Source: Luteolibacter sp.
GTDB taxonomy: Bacteria; Verrucomicrobiota; Verrucomicrobiia; Verrucomicrobiales; Akkermansiaceae
Length of the DNA stretch: 37,050 nucleotides
Assembly (NCBI GenBank): GCA_044358435.1
Contig: JBIKNX010000001.1
Coordinates: 1-37,050, forward strand
Reading direction: 5' to 3'
Positions within the stretch are counted from its first letter, which is position 1. The number at the start of each line of letters is the position of its first letter. The translations under genes were made by a program, and so were the position numbers. Under the pieces are notes generated by a model that searched no databases, had not been told where the DNA came from, and saw only the letters and a program-made list of their open reading frames with translations. This document shows, piece after piece, positions 18,812 to 28,766 of the stretch.

Positions 18812-21556
18812 TTACCCCGTCGTGCGCAGGCCTGAGGCGATCGCGTTGATGGATAGGAGAAGCTTGGGCAAGAGCGCATCCGCGGCGGTTTGATGGTCGC
18901 TGTTGATGTGACCGCGCCATTCCCTGAGAAGGGCGATTTGCTGGTGGTGTAGGACTTTCAGCGGAGCCTCACGGATTTCCAGCGTTTTCGCCATTCGGGG
19001 TCTGCGATCGTCCATGGAGCCTTCGAAAAGTTCGGTGAGAAGATGGCCGGTGAGATTGAACTCGGCGGTGATTTTTTCCGTGAACAACGCGCGGATTTTT
19101 TTATCGGTAACCAGCCCGGCATAGGCATGCATGAGTTCGAGGTTGGCGGAGGCCAGGTTGGTTTCGACGTTGGTCAGGACGTAGGAGAGGAACGTGGAAT
19201 GTTTGAGGGCTTCTTTGAGTTCGGCGAAATCCTTTTCAGATGCCCGTTTGAGATCGGCAAGTGCGCTTCCGACTCCGAACCAGCCGGGGAGATAATAACG
19301 GGCCTGGGTCCATGAGAAAACCCATGGGATGGCGCGGAGATCTGAAATGGAATGGGATTTCTTTCCGGTTCGGCGCGCGGGACGTGAGCCGATGCGGGCG
19401 TTTTCCAGGGCATCGATGGGAGTGGCTTGGCGATAGAAATCGATGAAGCCATCGGAGCGGAGTAGGGATTGGTAGGCTTTTTGGGAGGACGTGGAGAGAA
19501 TGGCAAGGAACCGATCCGCCGGATCCGGCGCTTCAGGCAGGTGCTTGTGCCGGGCGGTATTGATGGCCGCACCGGCAAGCAGCAGTTCCAGGTTGTAGGT
19601 CGCGTTGGCAAGGTTTGCGTATTTTTGAGCAATCGTCTCACCTTGTTCGGTCATGCGGAAACCGCCGGACATGGCACCGTGGGGAAGGGCTGCCATGAAC
19701 CAATGGGTGGGACCGGCACCGCGAGAAATGGTTCCGCCGCGGCCATGGAAGAAACAAAGCTTCACGCCTTTTGCTTGGCCGACTCTGGTGAGTTCGGATT
19801 GTGCGTGATGCAGGGCGACCTGCGCGGCGAGAATGCCGCAATCTTTGTTGGAATCCGAGTAACCGAGCATGACCTGCTGTTGAGGCTGCCGCATGGCGTG
19901 AATCGAACGCGAGGTGAGCGGATGCTCGAGAAAGGCATCCAGAATGCCGGCAGAGTTCGCGAGGTCATCCATCGTTTCAAAAAGCGGAACGACCTCGAGC
20001 GGGCAGATCATGCCTTGCTCGCTGTGCCGCATCAGGCCTGCCTCGCGGGCGAGGAGATAAACGGATAAGAGATCGGAGAGTTTTCGGGTCATCGAAATGA
20101 TGAGCGATCCGAGCCCGTCATGACCCCACGCCGCCATGTGGCGCACCAAGACTCGGTAAGTATCGAGAACATTGTCGGCATATTCACCAATGCATGATCC
20201 GTCGTGCAGGAAGGGACGGGTGGAACGGAGTTCCGCATTGAGAAAATCGATCCGTTTTGATTCAGGCCATGCGGCGAAATCACCGCCGTCCGGCACTCCG
20301 GCGGCGGTTAGAATTTCCGAGATCGCCTGATCGTGGAATTCCGAGTTCTGGCGCACATCGAGTTTGGCGAGATAAAAACCGAACATTTCGATTTTGTGGC
20401 GCACCGGACGGATCGCTTGTTCTTCCAACAATTTGCAACCCGATTTTTTCAGGGTGCTGGAAATGAGATCGAGATCGGCGGTGAGTTGTGCGGAACAAAC
20501 ATATCCGAGTTTCCCTCCGATTTGTTCACGCAGGCGCAAGGCCATGAGGTTGGCGAGCTGGCGCCAGGGTTCTTCGGTCTGATGATCGAGGATTTCCTTG
20601 ACCGCCTTGTCGTTGTCGATGGTGAAGCTCAGTTCATCGATTCTATCCTGCAGTTCATCGGGAACATGAACGAGCTGGCGTGAGATGGTGAGCTGCGAGG
20701 CGAGGTCCTGGAGCTCGCGTTCGAGAAGCTGGAAAGCAGCGATGCGCAGTTCGGAGAGGCTTTGCTCGGTGACGGCAGGAGTGACGAGCGGATGGCCGTC
20801 GCGGTCACCTCCGATCCATGAACCGAAGGACATGCGGGGGATGTTTCCGGCCGAGCGCAGGAGATCAAGCGGAAGTCCGGCATCACGCCATGCTTCGGTA
20901 AAATGGAGATCGAGGCGGTTGATGGCGGCGGGAAAAAGATCGCGGAGGTAGTGGATCGCATTACGCAACTCCGAGTTGATGTCGGGACGAACCGTGTGGA
21001 TTTCAGCTGTCAGCCAGAGGGTTTCCAGAGTGGTGACCACACGCTCGCGAATTCTGCGTTTTTCCCTCAGGGTGTATTTCGGGTATTCGTTGCGAGCCAT
21101 TTCCTCGTAAAGCGCACGTTGGCGGGCGCGGACGGATTCGCGCTTGGCTTCCGTCGGGTGGGCGGTCAGCACGGGCTCGACGTGGACCTCCTTGAGGACA
21201 TCGAGAATTTTCTCCGGTTCGAGACCGATTTTCAAAAGATCGCGCAGAGCCTGGGGCCAGAGACCGCGTATGGATTCTGCGCCCAGTGCTTTTTCCCGCT
21301 CGCGTCGGATCTCCGCGGCGACGCGTTCTTCGACCATGTTGAGTAGCTGGAAGCCGATGGAATAGAGTTTTGGAAGAGCTTCAGGAAGAGCGGCATCCGG
21401 ATCGGGAGCGGCACCGGACCAGGGCATGTGAGCAAGTAGTTCGGTTTCTCCGGCGCTTGCCAGGGCATCCTTCAGGCATCCAAGCAGGTAAGTGAGGCGT
21501 TCGTCGATCAGATCGAAGCCAGCGATGCGTAGTTCTTCGCGGGTGGAATGAGGCAT
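18812..21556 (-). CDS. ppc: Phosphoenolpyruvate carboxylase
   Basis: VLTAHPTE, SWIGGDRDG, QVMLGYSDSNKD, FHGRGGTISRG, LRAIPWVFSWTQ and C-terminal GLRTTG. Confidence 0.97.
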   Translation of the reverse strand: MPHSTREELRIAGFDLIDERLTYLLGCLKDALASAGETELLAHMPWSGAAPDPDAALPEALPKLYSIGFQLLNMVEERVAAEIRREREKALGAESIRGLWPQALRDLLKIGLEPEKILDVLKEVHVEPVLTAHPTEAKRESVRARQRALYEEMARNEYPKYTLREKRRIRERVVTTLETLWLTAEIHTVRPDINSELRNAIHYLRDLFPAAINRLDLHFTEAWRDAGLPLDLLRSAGNIPRMSFGSWIGGDRDGHPLVTPAVTEQSLSELRIAAFQLLERELQDLASQLTISRQLVHVPDELQDRIDELSFTIDNDKAVKEILDHQTEEPWRQLANLMALRLREQIGGKLGYVCSAQLTADLDLISSTLKKSGCKLLEEQAIRPVRHKIEMFGFYLAKLDVRQNSEFHDQAISEILTAAGVPDGGDFAAWPESKRIDFLNAELRSTRPFLHDGSCIGEYADNVLDTYRVLVRHMAAWGHDGLGSLIISMTRKLSDLLSVYLLAREAGLMRHSEQGMICPLEVVPLFETMDDLANSAGILDAFLEHPLTSRSIHAMRQPQQQVMLGYSDSNKDCGILAAQVALHHAQSELTRVGQAKGVKLCFFHGRGGTISRGAGPTHWFMAALPHGAMSGGFRMTEQGETIAQKYANLANATYNLELLLAGAAINTARHKHLPEAPDPADRFLAILSTSSQKAYQSLLRSDGFIDFYRQATPIDALENARIGSRPARRTGKKSHSISDLRAIPWVFSWTQARYYLPGWFGVGSALADLKRASEKDFAELKEALKHSTFLSYVLTNVETNLASANLELMHAYAGLVTDKKIRALFTEKITAEFNLTGHLLTELFEGSMDDRRPRMAKTLEIREAPLKVLHHQQIALLREWRGHINSDHQTAADALLPKLLLSINAIASGLRTTG

Positions 21557-21590
21557 GGGAAAATGAAACGAAGCAATTTCAGTGCCGCAT

Positions 21591-22517
21591 TCAGATGGAG
21601 AAAAGAGAGGTGACCGATTGACCTCCGTTGATTCGACGGATGGCCTCCGCGAGAAGCGGAGCGATGGTCACGGCCTGAACTTTGGTTCCACAAGCTTGGG
21701 GTACAGAATCGGTGGTGATGATTTCCTCGATGGGTGATTTCGCAAGGCGTTGGTTCGCAAGCTCGCTGATGATCGCGTGGGAAACGCCGGCAAAAATGCG
21801 TTTGGCCCCGTGTTTGTGGAGAATTTCCGCGGCAGCGGTGAGGGTTCCCGCGGTTTCCGTCATGTCGTCCACAAGGAGGACATCCCGCCCGTTCACGTCG
21901 CCGATGACATTCATGGCTTCCACGCGTGTGGCGGATACACGGTGTTTCGCGACGATGGCGAGTTCCGCGCCGAGAGCATCGGCGTAGGCGCGCGCCATTT
22001 TCACTCCGCCGACATCGGGGGAGACGACGGTGAGGTTCGAGGTGTCCGGATGGCGTTCACGCAGGTAGTTGATAAGGACCGGTTTGGCGTAGAGGTGATC
22101 GACCGGGATATCAAAGAATCCTTGGATCTGCGGAGCGTGGAGATCCATCGTCAGCACGCGGTTGACACCGGCGGAGGTGAGAAGATTGGCGACAAGTTTG
22201 GCGGTGATGGGAACGCGCGGCTGATCCTTGCGATCTTGTCTGGCGTATCCGAAGAAAGGCATGACCGCGGTGATGCGTTCGGCACTGGCCCGACGCGCGG
22301 CATCGACCAGGATCAGCAACTCCATGATGTTGTGATTTGTCGGAGGGCAAGATGGCTGGATGATGAAAACGTCTTCCCCGCGGACGTTTTCGTTGATTTT
22401 TACCGATGTTTCGCCGTCCGGAAAGGCATCCACTTGCACATCGGCAAGAGGTTGGCCGAGAGTGGCTGCGATGTTTCCGGCAAGTTCGCGATGGGCTGTT
22501 CCGCTGATAATTTTCAT
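21591..22517 (-). CDS. prs: Ribose-phosphate pyrophosphokinase
   Basis: FPDGE, YARQDRK, DLHAPQIQGFF, VSPDVGG and VDDMTETAGT. Confidence 0.97.
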   Translation of the reverse strand: MKIISGTAHRELAGNIAATLGQPLADVQVDAFPDGETSVKINENVRGEDVFIIQPSCPPTNHNIMELLILVDAARRASAERITAVMPFFGYARQDRKDQPRVPITAKLVANLLTSAGVNRVLTMDLHAPQIQGFFDIPVDHLYAKPVLINYLRERHPDTSNLTVVSPDVGGVKMARAYADALGAELAIVAKHRVSATRVEAMNVIGDVNGRDVLLVDDMTETAGTLTAAAEILHKHGAKRIFAGVSHAIISELANQRLAKSPIEEIITTDSVPQACGTKVQAVTIAPLLAEAIRRINGGQSVTSLFSI

Positions 22518-22628
22518 GGGCGGCCCGATTGTTCACAGCAAGACGGGATGGGCAACACTTTGCGGCTTAAATTTCAGCTTTTGGCAGTCACCATCCGTTA
22601 AGCCGGAGCCTGGCGTATGAAATGGCCA

Positions 22629-24836
22629 TTATTTGAGGCGAATTTCCGTGGATGGCAGATGATTTTCCTCCCGCAGCCTCAGGATTTGCTTCCGGATGTC
22701 TTCCATCAGCCTGTTGCGATTTTCAATGGGCAAATGTTTCGAAAGTTGCGGATGGGTTTTCAAAAGTTTTTCCGCTTCCATGAACAGGCGGAGTGCGTCG
22801 GGCTGACGTTGTGTTTCCGAAAAGTTTCTGGCGCGCTTGTAAAGCATGACCGCCACGTAGTAGTTGGCGCTGCCGGCACCCCTCAGGCGGTCATAAGCTT
22901 CATATTGAGAGAGGGCTTTTTCATATTCACCGCCGTTCTCCAGGGCCTGTGCGAGGTTGATATAGATGTGGGTCTGCAGCTCCTTGAACTTCGCCCCGTG
23001 GATATATCCGGTTGTTTGATTCAAATGGTTCTTCGCGAGCTCGTATTTTTTGACAGATTCGGGGTAATTTCCGTTCTGCAGTTGGAAGAGCGCCAGTTCG
23101 TGTAAAAGACCGGCGTATAGGAAATGACCGAAATATGCCGGTTCCATACCGCCCTGAAGTTGGATGGTCTTTTCATAATATTTTGAAGCCTCGTCATACC
23201 GGTAGAGCAATCTCAGCGTATTGGCGGCATTGCGCGGATGAAGGGGAGTGTGGGGATGGAGGGAAATGGCGGCTTGATAATCCTCCAACGCCTTTTTCAG
23301 GAGATTTCGATAATCGCCATCATCGGGGCCTTTTTCAACTGCCAGATCATAATACAGAGTCCCCCTTTCGGATAAGAGTGATTCGAGTTTCCATTTCCCG
23401 ATCCCACGCGTGTAAGCGGAAATTTTATCCTCGTGAGTGGCGGATGGAGTCAGCATCACATCGTTCCATAGGTACATCGCCACGCCGCTTCCTTTGTAGC
23501 CATGGACACACATGATCAAAATGAAAGCCAGGGAGCACAGTGTGAGAGCGAGTTGACGAAGCCATGGTCGGCTTGTTGGGGGATTTTTGGGGATTGTATG
23601 TCCATGGCTCGCGGCAGCCAGACAGATGGCGAGGATGATCGCTCCCGGGGCTGTGCGCAGAATACCCTCGAAATTGGATTGGATGAAGATGCCGATGAAA
23701 GCCGCGACACCGCCGATTCGCCATGCGTCGGAATGCGCGTATTTGCTCCAATCTCCCTGAACGAGAGAGCGGAATGTGCACAATATCAAAATCCCGAGAA
23801 TGAATGCACTGAGCAGACCGGCACCGATCATTCCATAATCCGTGAAAACCTGAACAAACTCATTGTGAACATGTTGCGGATCTGCCCCAAGCACACCCAT
23901 TTTCTCAATTTCCCAGAACTGATAATTTTCCCAACTGAAGCTCCGGCTCCCTCCGCCGGTTAGAGGATGCAGTAAAACGCATGAAAAGGCGATGCCATAG
24001 AGATAAAGGCGGAGGTTGTTATCCAACATGTCAATCAGATCGCTGCCTTCACTGCGGGTTTGTTGGACGGACTCAAGGGTGGATAGCGAGATGACCGTGA
24101 TGATAAGGATGACAATGGGAGCGACAACAAGTGCGACGCCGCTCCATTTGCGATCGTCCCGTTTGCCGGTGAGCAGCCAGTAGATGAGAAGCGCTGCAAC
24201 GCCACCGCTCGCGCCCAACATACCACTGCGGGATTTGGTGATATAAACAGCTGCCATGCCCATGAAGGCCAGCAACAGGAACACGATTCGGGCGGCCCTT
24301 GGCCAAGAGCCTCGCAAAGCGAACCCGCCCAAAAGCAATGAGCTCGCGATTAAAAATGTGGCGCAATGGCTGTAATGACGGAAAAATCCTGTTGGCCAGC
24401 TGCTTAACGCATGCGGGATAACAGGATTGTAGCCGACGTCTCGGATCTGCAGAGCCATCACTGCCAGGTTGGCGCAAAGCAACAAGGCGATGCCGATGAT
24501 GAGGATCATTTGCGCCCTGCTATGGCTGAACACGTTTTGTAAAACGATGAAGGTGGAAACCGCCATCGCCACGAGCGAGAGATCGATCCGTGCCATTTCC
24601 TCTACCGGTGAAAACCATGCCCTGCCGGCGAACCACGCGGCTGTCGCCAACCCCGTGAGGAGAATATACAAATTGAATTTGTCCAAACTGCCCCGCCAGA
24701 TGTTGGGAATGGAGCAGACTGTGGCTGCCGCGAAGCAAAGCATGGTGGGTCCCCAGGTCCAAATTTTCAGGGTTGGACCCATGATTGCGCTTAGGATGAA
24801 TCCGGCGATCCAGAAAACAGACGAGGCAACGGCCAT
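22629..24836 (-). CDS. O-antigen ligase / Wzy_C-family membrane protein with C-terminal TPR-like repeats
   Basis: About 12 TM segments; TKSRSG, HPLTGGG and HVHNEFVQ...GMIG motifs; helical repeat tail. ATG at 24836 avoids overlap with the upstream gene. Confidence 0.85.
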   Translation of the reverse strand: MAVASSVFWIAGFILSAIMGPTLKIWTWGPTMLCFAAATVCSIPNIWRGSLDKFNLYILLTGLATAAWFAGRAWFSPVEEMARIDLSLVAMAVSTFIVLQNVFSHSRAQMILIIGIALLLCANLAVMALQIRDVGYNPVIPHALSSWPTGFFRHYSHCATFLIASSLLLGGFALRGSWPRAARIVFLLLAFMGMAAVYITKSRSGMLGASGGVAALLIYWLLTGKRDDRKWSGVALVVAPIVILIITVISLSTLESVQQTRSEGSDLIDMLDNNLRLYLYGIAFSCVLLHPLTGGGSRSFSWENYQFWEIEKMGVLGADPQHVHNEFVQVFTDYGMIGAGLLSAFILGILILCTFRSLVQGDWSKYAHSDAWRIGGVAAFIGIFIQSNFEGILRTAPGAIILAICLAAASHGHTIPKNPPTSRPWLRQLALTLCSLAFILIMCVHGYKGSGVAMYLWNDVMLTPSATHEDKISAYTRGIGKWKLESLLSERGTLYYDLAVEKGPDDGDYRNLLKKALEDYQAAISLHPHTPLHPRNAANTLRLLYRYDEASKYYEKTIQLQGGMEPAYFGHFLYAGLLHELALFQLQNGNYPESVKKYELAKNHLNQTTGYIHGAKFKELQTHIYINLAQALENGGEYEKALSQYEAYDRLRGAGSANYYVAVMLYKRARNFSETQRQPDALRLFMEAEKLLKTHPQLSKHLPIENRNRLMEDIRKQILRLREENHLPSTEIRLK

Positions 24837-24853
24837 GGGTTGAATATCGAGAG

Positions 24854-26260
24854 TTATTTGGCTCCTTTTCCGAACAAAACCGCAGGTATGGTTTTGAGAA
24901 GGATTTGAATATCCAGCCATATCGACCAGTTATCAATATAGCGGAGATCCATCGCGACCCAGTCTTCAAAGCGAGTGATTTTATTGCGTCCGCCAATCTG
25001 CCACTCGCAGGTGATACCTGGCTTAACGCTCAATCTTCTGCGATGAGAAATTTCACAGAAAGCCTCCACTTCATAGAGTGGCAGGGGTCTGGGACCGACT
25101 AAGCTCATTTGTCCGATCAAGACATTCACAAGCTGGGGGAGTTCGTCGATACTGAGTTTTCTGAGTATGGCACCAAAGCGAAACACCCGCGGATCGCGAT
25201 CCAGCTTGAACACAGGTCCTTCCATTTCATTGCCGTGTGCTTCTTTGATGGAGTTGAGCAGTTCCTCCGCATTCGCCACCATGGTTCTGAACTTCAGCAT
25301 TCTGAAGGGCTTTCCATAACGCCCTGCGCGCATTTGAGAGAACAATACCGGAGCTCCAGGGCTGGCAATCTTGATTCCGATAAAAGCGATCAACCACAAG
25401 GGAGAAGTGCAAAGAATGATGATGAGGGAGAGGATCCGGTCCAGCAGTTCCTTGGCCAGCAGTCCCCATGAAAGGTCGGGAGTGGAGCGCAGGACCAACA
25501 TCGGTTTGGAACCGATCGAATCAAAGGCCGGGCGGGCAATCTGAGCGCGAATGAATGATGCGGCAATCCATGCTTCCACGCCTTGCAACTCGCAGATTTC
25601 AATCGCACTTGCGACTTTGTCAAATTCCGTCTCGCGAGTGATGAACATGACCCGACTGACCGATTTCTCTTTCAGTATGTTGAAGAGTTCTTCGGTGGGA
25701 TGTTGTGCGAGATTGAAGTGGCTGATGATATCCCACTCCTCCAGGGTGTCCGGATCGATTTCCGATAGGAAAAGCAGAATCTCCTCTTCATCTCCGACGA
25801 TGACGACCTGCTCTTTTCCGATTCCGCTTTTTCTGCGGCTTTTGAACCAAAATGTCGTGATGCGCTCTCTGGTCATTAACAATACAAACATCAGAAGCGC
25901 CGCAGTTCCGAGAATGAGACGCGGGGCTTCGTCCATTTTCCCGAAGACCGTGCCCAAAGAGATGGTCAATCCGATGATGAATATGCCCTGAATCAGTTCC
26001 CAGATGATGACATGAGATTTTTTGTAGCGTGATTTTTGATAAAAGCCGAATCGCTCCAAAACAAGCGGAGTGAACGGCACGGCGATATACAAAACCCAAG
26101 AGATGGCGTTGAGATCCGTTACATCGGTGTGGCTGAGATTGAGCAGATTGCGAATGGGATCCCGGAGCGAGGTAGCGATCCAGAATGACAGCCAAACCAG
26201 AAGCGCATCCGCGATGAGTAAAAATTGGACAGTGAAAGAATCTTTACGAGAGGAGACCAT
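24854..26260 (-). CDS. Polyprenyl-phosphate glycosylphosphotransferase (WcaJ/WbaP-like priming sugar transferase)
   Basis: KFRTM, DPRV, SIDELPQLVNVLIGQMSLVGPRP, KPGIT and DLRYIDNWS. Confidence 0.94.
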   Translation of the reverse strand: MVSSRKDSFTVQFLLIADALLVWLSFWIATSLRDPIRNLLNLSHTDVTDLNAISWVLYIAVPFTPLVLERFGFYQKSRYKKSHVIIWELIQGIFIIGLTISLGTVFGKMDEAPRLILGTAALLMFVLLMTRERITTFWFKSRRKSGIGKEQVVIVGDEEEILLFLSEIDPDTLEEWDIISHFNLAQHPTEELFNILKEKSVSRVMFITRETEFDKVASAIEICELQGVEAWIAASFIRAQIARPAFDSIGSKPMLVLRSTPDLSWGLLAKELLDRILSLIIILCTSPLWLIAFIGIKIASPGAPVLFSQMRAGRYGKPFRMLKFRTMVANAEELLNSIKEAHGNEMEGPVFKLDRDPRVFRFGAILRKLSIDELPQLVNVLIGQMSLVGPRPLPLYEVEAFCEISHRRRLSVKPGITCEWQIGGRNKITRFEDWVAMDLRYIDNWSIWLDIQILLKTIPAVLFGKGAK

Positions 26261-26368
26261 GTGAATGGATCGGAGATGGGTTAGGGTATGACAACGACAG
26301 ACCTATGTAAACGCCATTGGAGGCGATTTCAACGAATTCTTGTGAAAAAACGCCCGTTTGGCGATTTC

Positions 26369-27283
26369 CTAGAGCCCGCGATACTCCGCGGCGAGGTGTT
26401 TGGCGGTGGCGATGGTGTTGCGATGGAGTTTGGCTGTAAACTCGGGCTGTCGGTTGTAGCCGCCACCGTAGAGGATGGCAATGGGGATGCGGTTTTTGAT
26501 CATGGCACGCAGCAGGACTTCGTCACGGCGTTGGATTTCTTTCAGAGACAGGTGCATTTGTCCAAAGCGGTCGTTGCGATGGTTGTCCGCGCCTGAAATC
26601 CAGATCACCAGATCGGGGTCGAATCGATCGAGTGAATCGGCAAGGGTTTGAAAAAGGGCTTGCAGATACATTTCGCCTTCGACGTATCGAACGGTCTCCA
26701 CGTCCAAGGAGGAGTTGACCTTGCGGGTGGGGTAATTTTTCCCGACATGAATCGAATAGGTAAACACCCGCGGATCATCGCCCAGTAATGAGGCCGTGCC
26801 GTTGCCTTGGTGGGCATCCGTGTCAACCACCATGATTTTGATATGGGGTTGCTTGTCCTGGAGATCGCGGATCGCGATCGCAATGTCATTGAAAACGCAG
26901 TAGCCCTCGCCATGTTCGCGAAAGGCATGATGGGTCCCCCCCGCGAGGCAGACACCGACTCCTTCCGCAAGCGCGGCCTCGCAAGCGAGGCGTGTGGCTT
27001 CGACCTCCGTGGCGGAGCGTGAGAAGAGATTGGGAGAAGTGGGAAGTCCGAGCAGGAGTTGTTCTTTCCGATCCAGTGCCGCTGATTGGATTTTCTCGAT
27101 GTAGGAACGGTCGTGGACTCTCAGGATGCGGTGGAAATCGGCGGGTTTGACCTCGATAATTTCCTCGGGACGCAGAATCCGTTCGCTCAACAGCATTTCT
27201 TTGGAAACCCGGAACTTATCCATCGGAAACGGGTGTCCGTCAGGAAGTTCGAGCTCAAGAGCCTGAGAGTAAAAGCAACGCAT
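26369..27283 (-). CDS. Histone deacetylase-family Zn-dependent deacylase
   Basis: HPFPMDKF, GGTHHA, GYCVFND, DTDAHQGNGT, GAD and GGGY. ATG at 27283 is the likely start. Confidence 0.93.
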   Translation of the reverse strand: MRCFYSQALELELPDGHPFPMDKFRVSKEMLLSERILRPEEIIEVKPADFHRILRVHDRSYIEKIQSAALDRKEQLLLGLPTSPNLFSRSATEVEATRLACEAALAEGVGVCLAGGTHHAFREHGEGYCVFNDIAIAIRDLQDKQPHIKIMVVDTDAHQGNGTASLLGDDPRVFTYSIHVGKNYPTRKVNSSLDVETVRYVEGEMYLQALFQTLADSLDRFDPDLVIWISGADNHRNDRFGQMHLSLKEIQRRDEVLLRAMIKNRIPIAILYGGGYNRQPEFTAKLHRNTIATAKHLAAEYRGL

Positions 27284-27428
27284 CGCGGAAATCGTAAAGG
27301 CAAGACGCAAGACCGCAAGACGGAAGAAGGGGGATATGTCCGAGCCATCCGTTCGCTGCGATTTTACTCGTTGATATTGAAAAACGCTCGCGTGCCCGCA
27401 TGTGCTGGGTCATCTGGAATTCCAAAAG

Positions 27429-27462
27429 TTGACGCGGCCCGCGCGTTGACTAGAGTGGCGGC
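27429..27462 (+). promoter_or_regulatory. Sigma70-like promoter, probably leaderless
   Basis: TTGACG (27429-27434)-N16-TAGAGT (27451-27456)-N6-GTG start. Confidence 0.65.
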
Positions 27463-27825
27463 GTGTTTCAGATTGTTTTTAATGAAATCAGTGCGGCGGA
27501 AATTTCCGCTTTGGGGACTTTGGAGCAGCTTGAGTTGTTGGAGGAATTCCATGTGACCGAGCAGGATCTGAACGGCGCAGGGAGCGATCGGTTTGGAAAA
27601 ATCGAGCGGGATGGTCATGTGATGTATCGGTTCCGTGCAAAGGAATACCGTTTCTATTTCGAGGTCAAAGATGGCTCCATCATCGTCTGCCGTGTTCTGC
27701 ACAAGGGCACCCTTTCCGACTTTTTGTTCCGTTCCAAAATGCCACTCGCTGAAGACGAGGCGTTGGCCGGATCGAAGCATTTCTGGAAATTGATCGACGA
27801 GGGTCGCAACGCCCGCCGGCTCTGA
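27463..27825 (+). CDS. RelE/ParE-fold-like protein with no adjacent antitoxin
   Basis: FQIVFNEISAAEI...YRFRAKEYRFYFEV...IVCRVLHK pattern. Confidence 0.65.
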   Translation: MFQIVFNEISAAEISALGTLEQLELLEEFHVTEQDLNGAGSDRFGKIERDGHVMYRFRAKEYRFYFEVKDGSIIVCRVLHKGTLSDFLFRSKMPLAEDEALAGSKHFWKLIDEGRNARRL

Positions 27826-27849
27826 TATTCAACCCGGATTCAGAAGTGG

Positions 27850-27967
27850 AACCACGGATGAACGGAGATGGACGCGGATTGTAAGAGATTTTTGTAAATC
27901 TATTTCCCACCGATTGGTTGAGAGACAAGGTATTCAACTCTTTGATTATCTGTGTCTATCTGCGGTT
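27850..27967. repeat. Degenerate gene-less inverted-repeat element D (10-nt units)
   Basis: Left arm AACCACGGATGAACGGAGATGGACGCGGAT (27850-27879); right arm ATCTGTGTCTATCTGCGGTT (27948-27967); between convergent genes. Confidence 0.65.
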
Positions 27968-27984
27968 TATTTTCTTTATCATTT

Positions 27985-28617
27985 TCAGCCAAACACCTGT
28001 TTTTTGGAAGGGGTGATGTGTGGCGGTGCGAGATAGATGGGCTGCGGCGGTTTCGTGGTCCAGGCATCTTGCAACTCCGAAGAAGCATTTTCCCATACTT
28101 GCCAAATTCCGTGGGCTGAAGGCTGTTCGAGCGGAATGTTGAATGAGCGTATCGGCTCCATGGAAAAGCGCGAAGGGTTGAGATCGAGCGCTGCTTGAAA
28201 TCCGACCCCATCAGTCAGAATGGGTCCGTTGACGAGTTCGCCACCATTGATGTTCGCGATCCAGTAAGAGCCTCGGCGAGCATCCCCAACGGCGAGACAG
28301 GGTTTTCCTGAAAGGGCGGTTGCGGTGGCAAGAACGGATGGAATGGCGATCGTCCTGCACCCGGAAACCAAACCGGCTCCCTGAGCTGCCGCAATCCCAA
28401 CCCGTGTTCCACTGTAACTTCCCGGGCCGCTGCCCACCAAGATCATATCAAAATGCCGGCAACCGTATTCCTCGACGATTTCCGCCAGCGGCCCGAACAA
28501 CAATGCATTGTGGCGGCGATCACTGGTGAAAGTCCTTTCGATCACGATACGCCCATCAACCGCCAATGCGAGGGACGCGGTATCCGTAGAGGTTTCAAAA
28601 ATCAGAATCGCAGGCAC
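27985..28617 (-). CDS. tsaB: tRNA threonylcarbamoyladenosine biosynthesis protein TsaB
   Basis: ILIFETS, HNALL, GPGSYSGTRVG and DARRG. Confidence 0.93.
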   Translation of the reverse strand: MPAILIFETSTDTASLALAVDGRIVIERTFTSDRRHNALLFGPLAEIVEEYGCRHFDMILVGSGPGSYSGTRVGIAAAQGAGLVSGCRTIAIPSVLATATALSGKPCLAVGDARRGSYWIANINGGELVNGPILTDGVGFQAALDLNPSRFSMEPIRSFNIPLEQPSAHGIWQVWENASSELQDAWTTKPPQPIYLAPPHITPSKKQVFG

Positions 28618-28766
28618 GAATGCAGGCTAACGCGAAATGGAATTTATGGTAGATGAAATTCTTTTCTCTCCTTCACGGTTTACTTTTCTCCGATAACCCT
28701 TTCCATTCACGCCCGCATCAAGCTCTGACTTGAGGTTTAGAGTTCAGAAATTAAAGTTTCCGCCTT

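Noticed and set aside
24854-24920. 67-bp overlap between the sugar transferase and O-antigen ligase genes
   Set aside because: It disappears if the ligase starts at ATG 24836.
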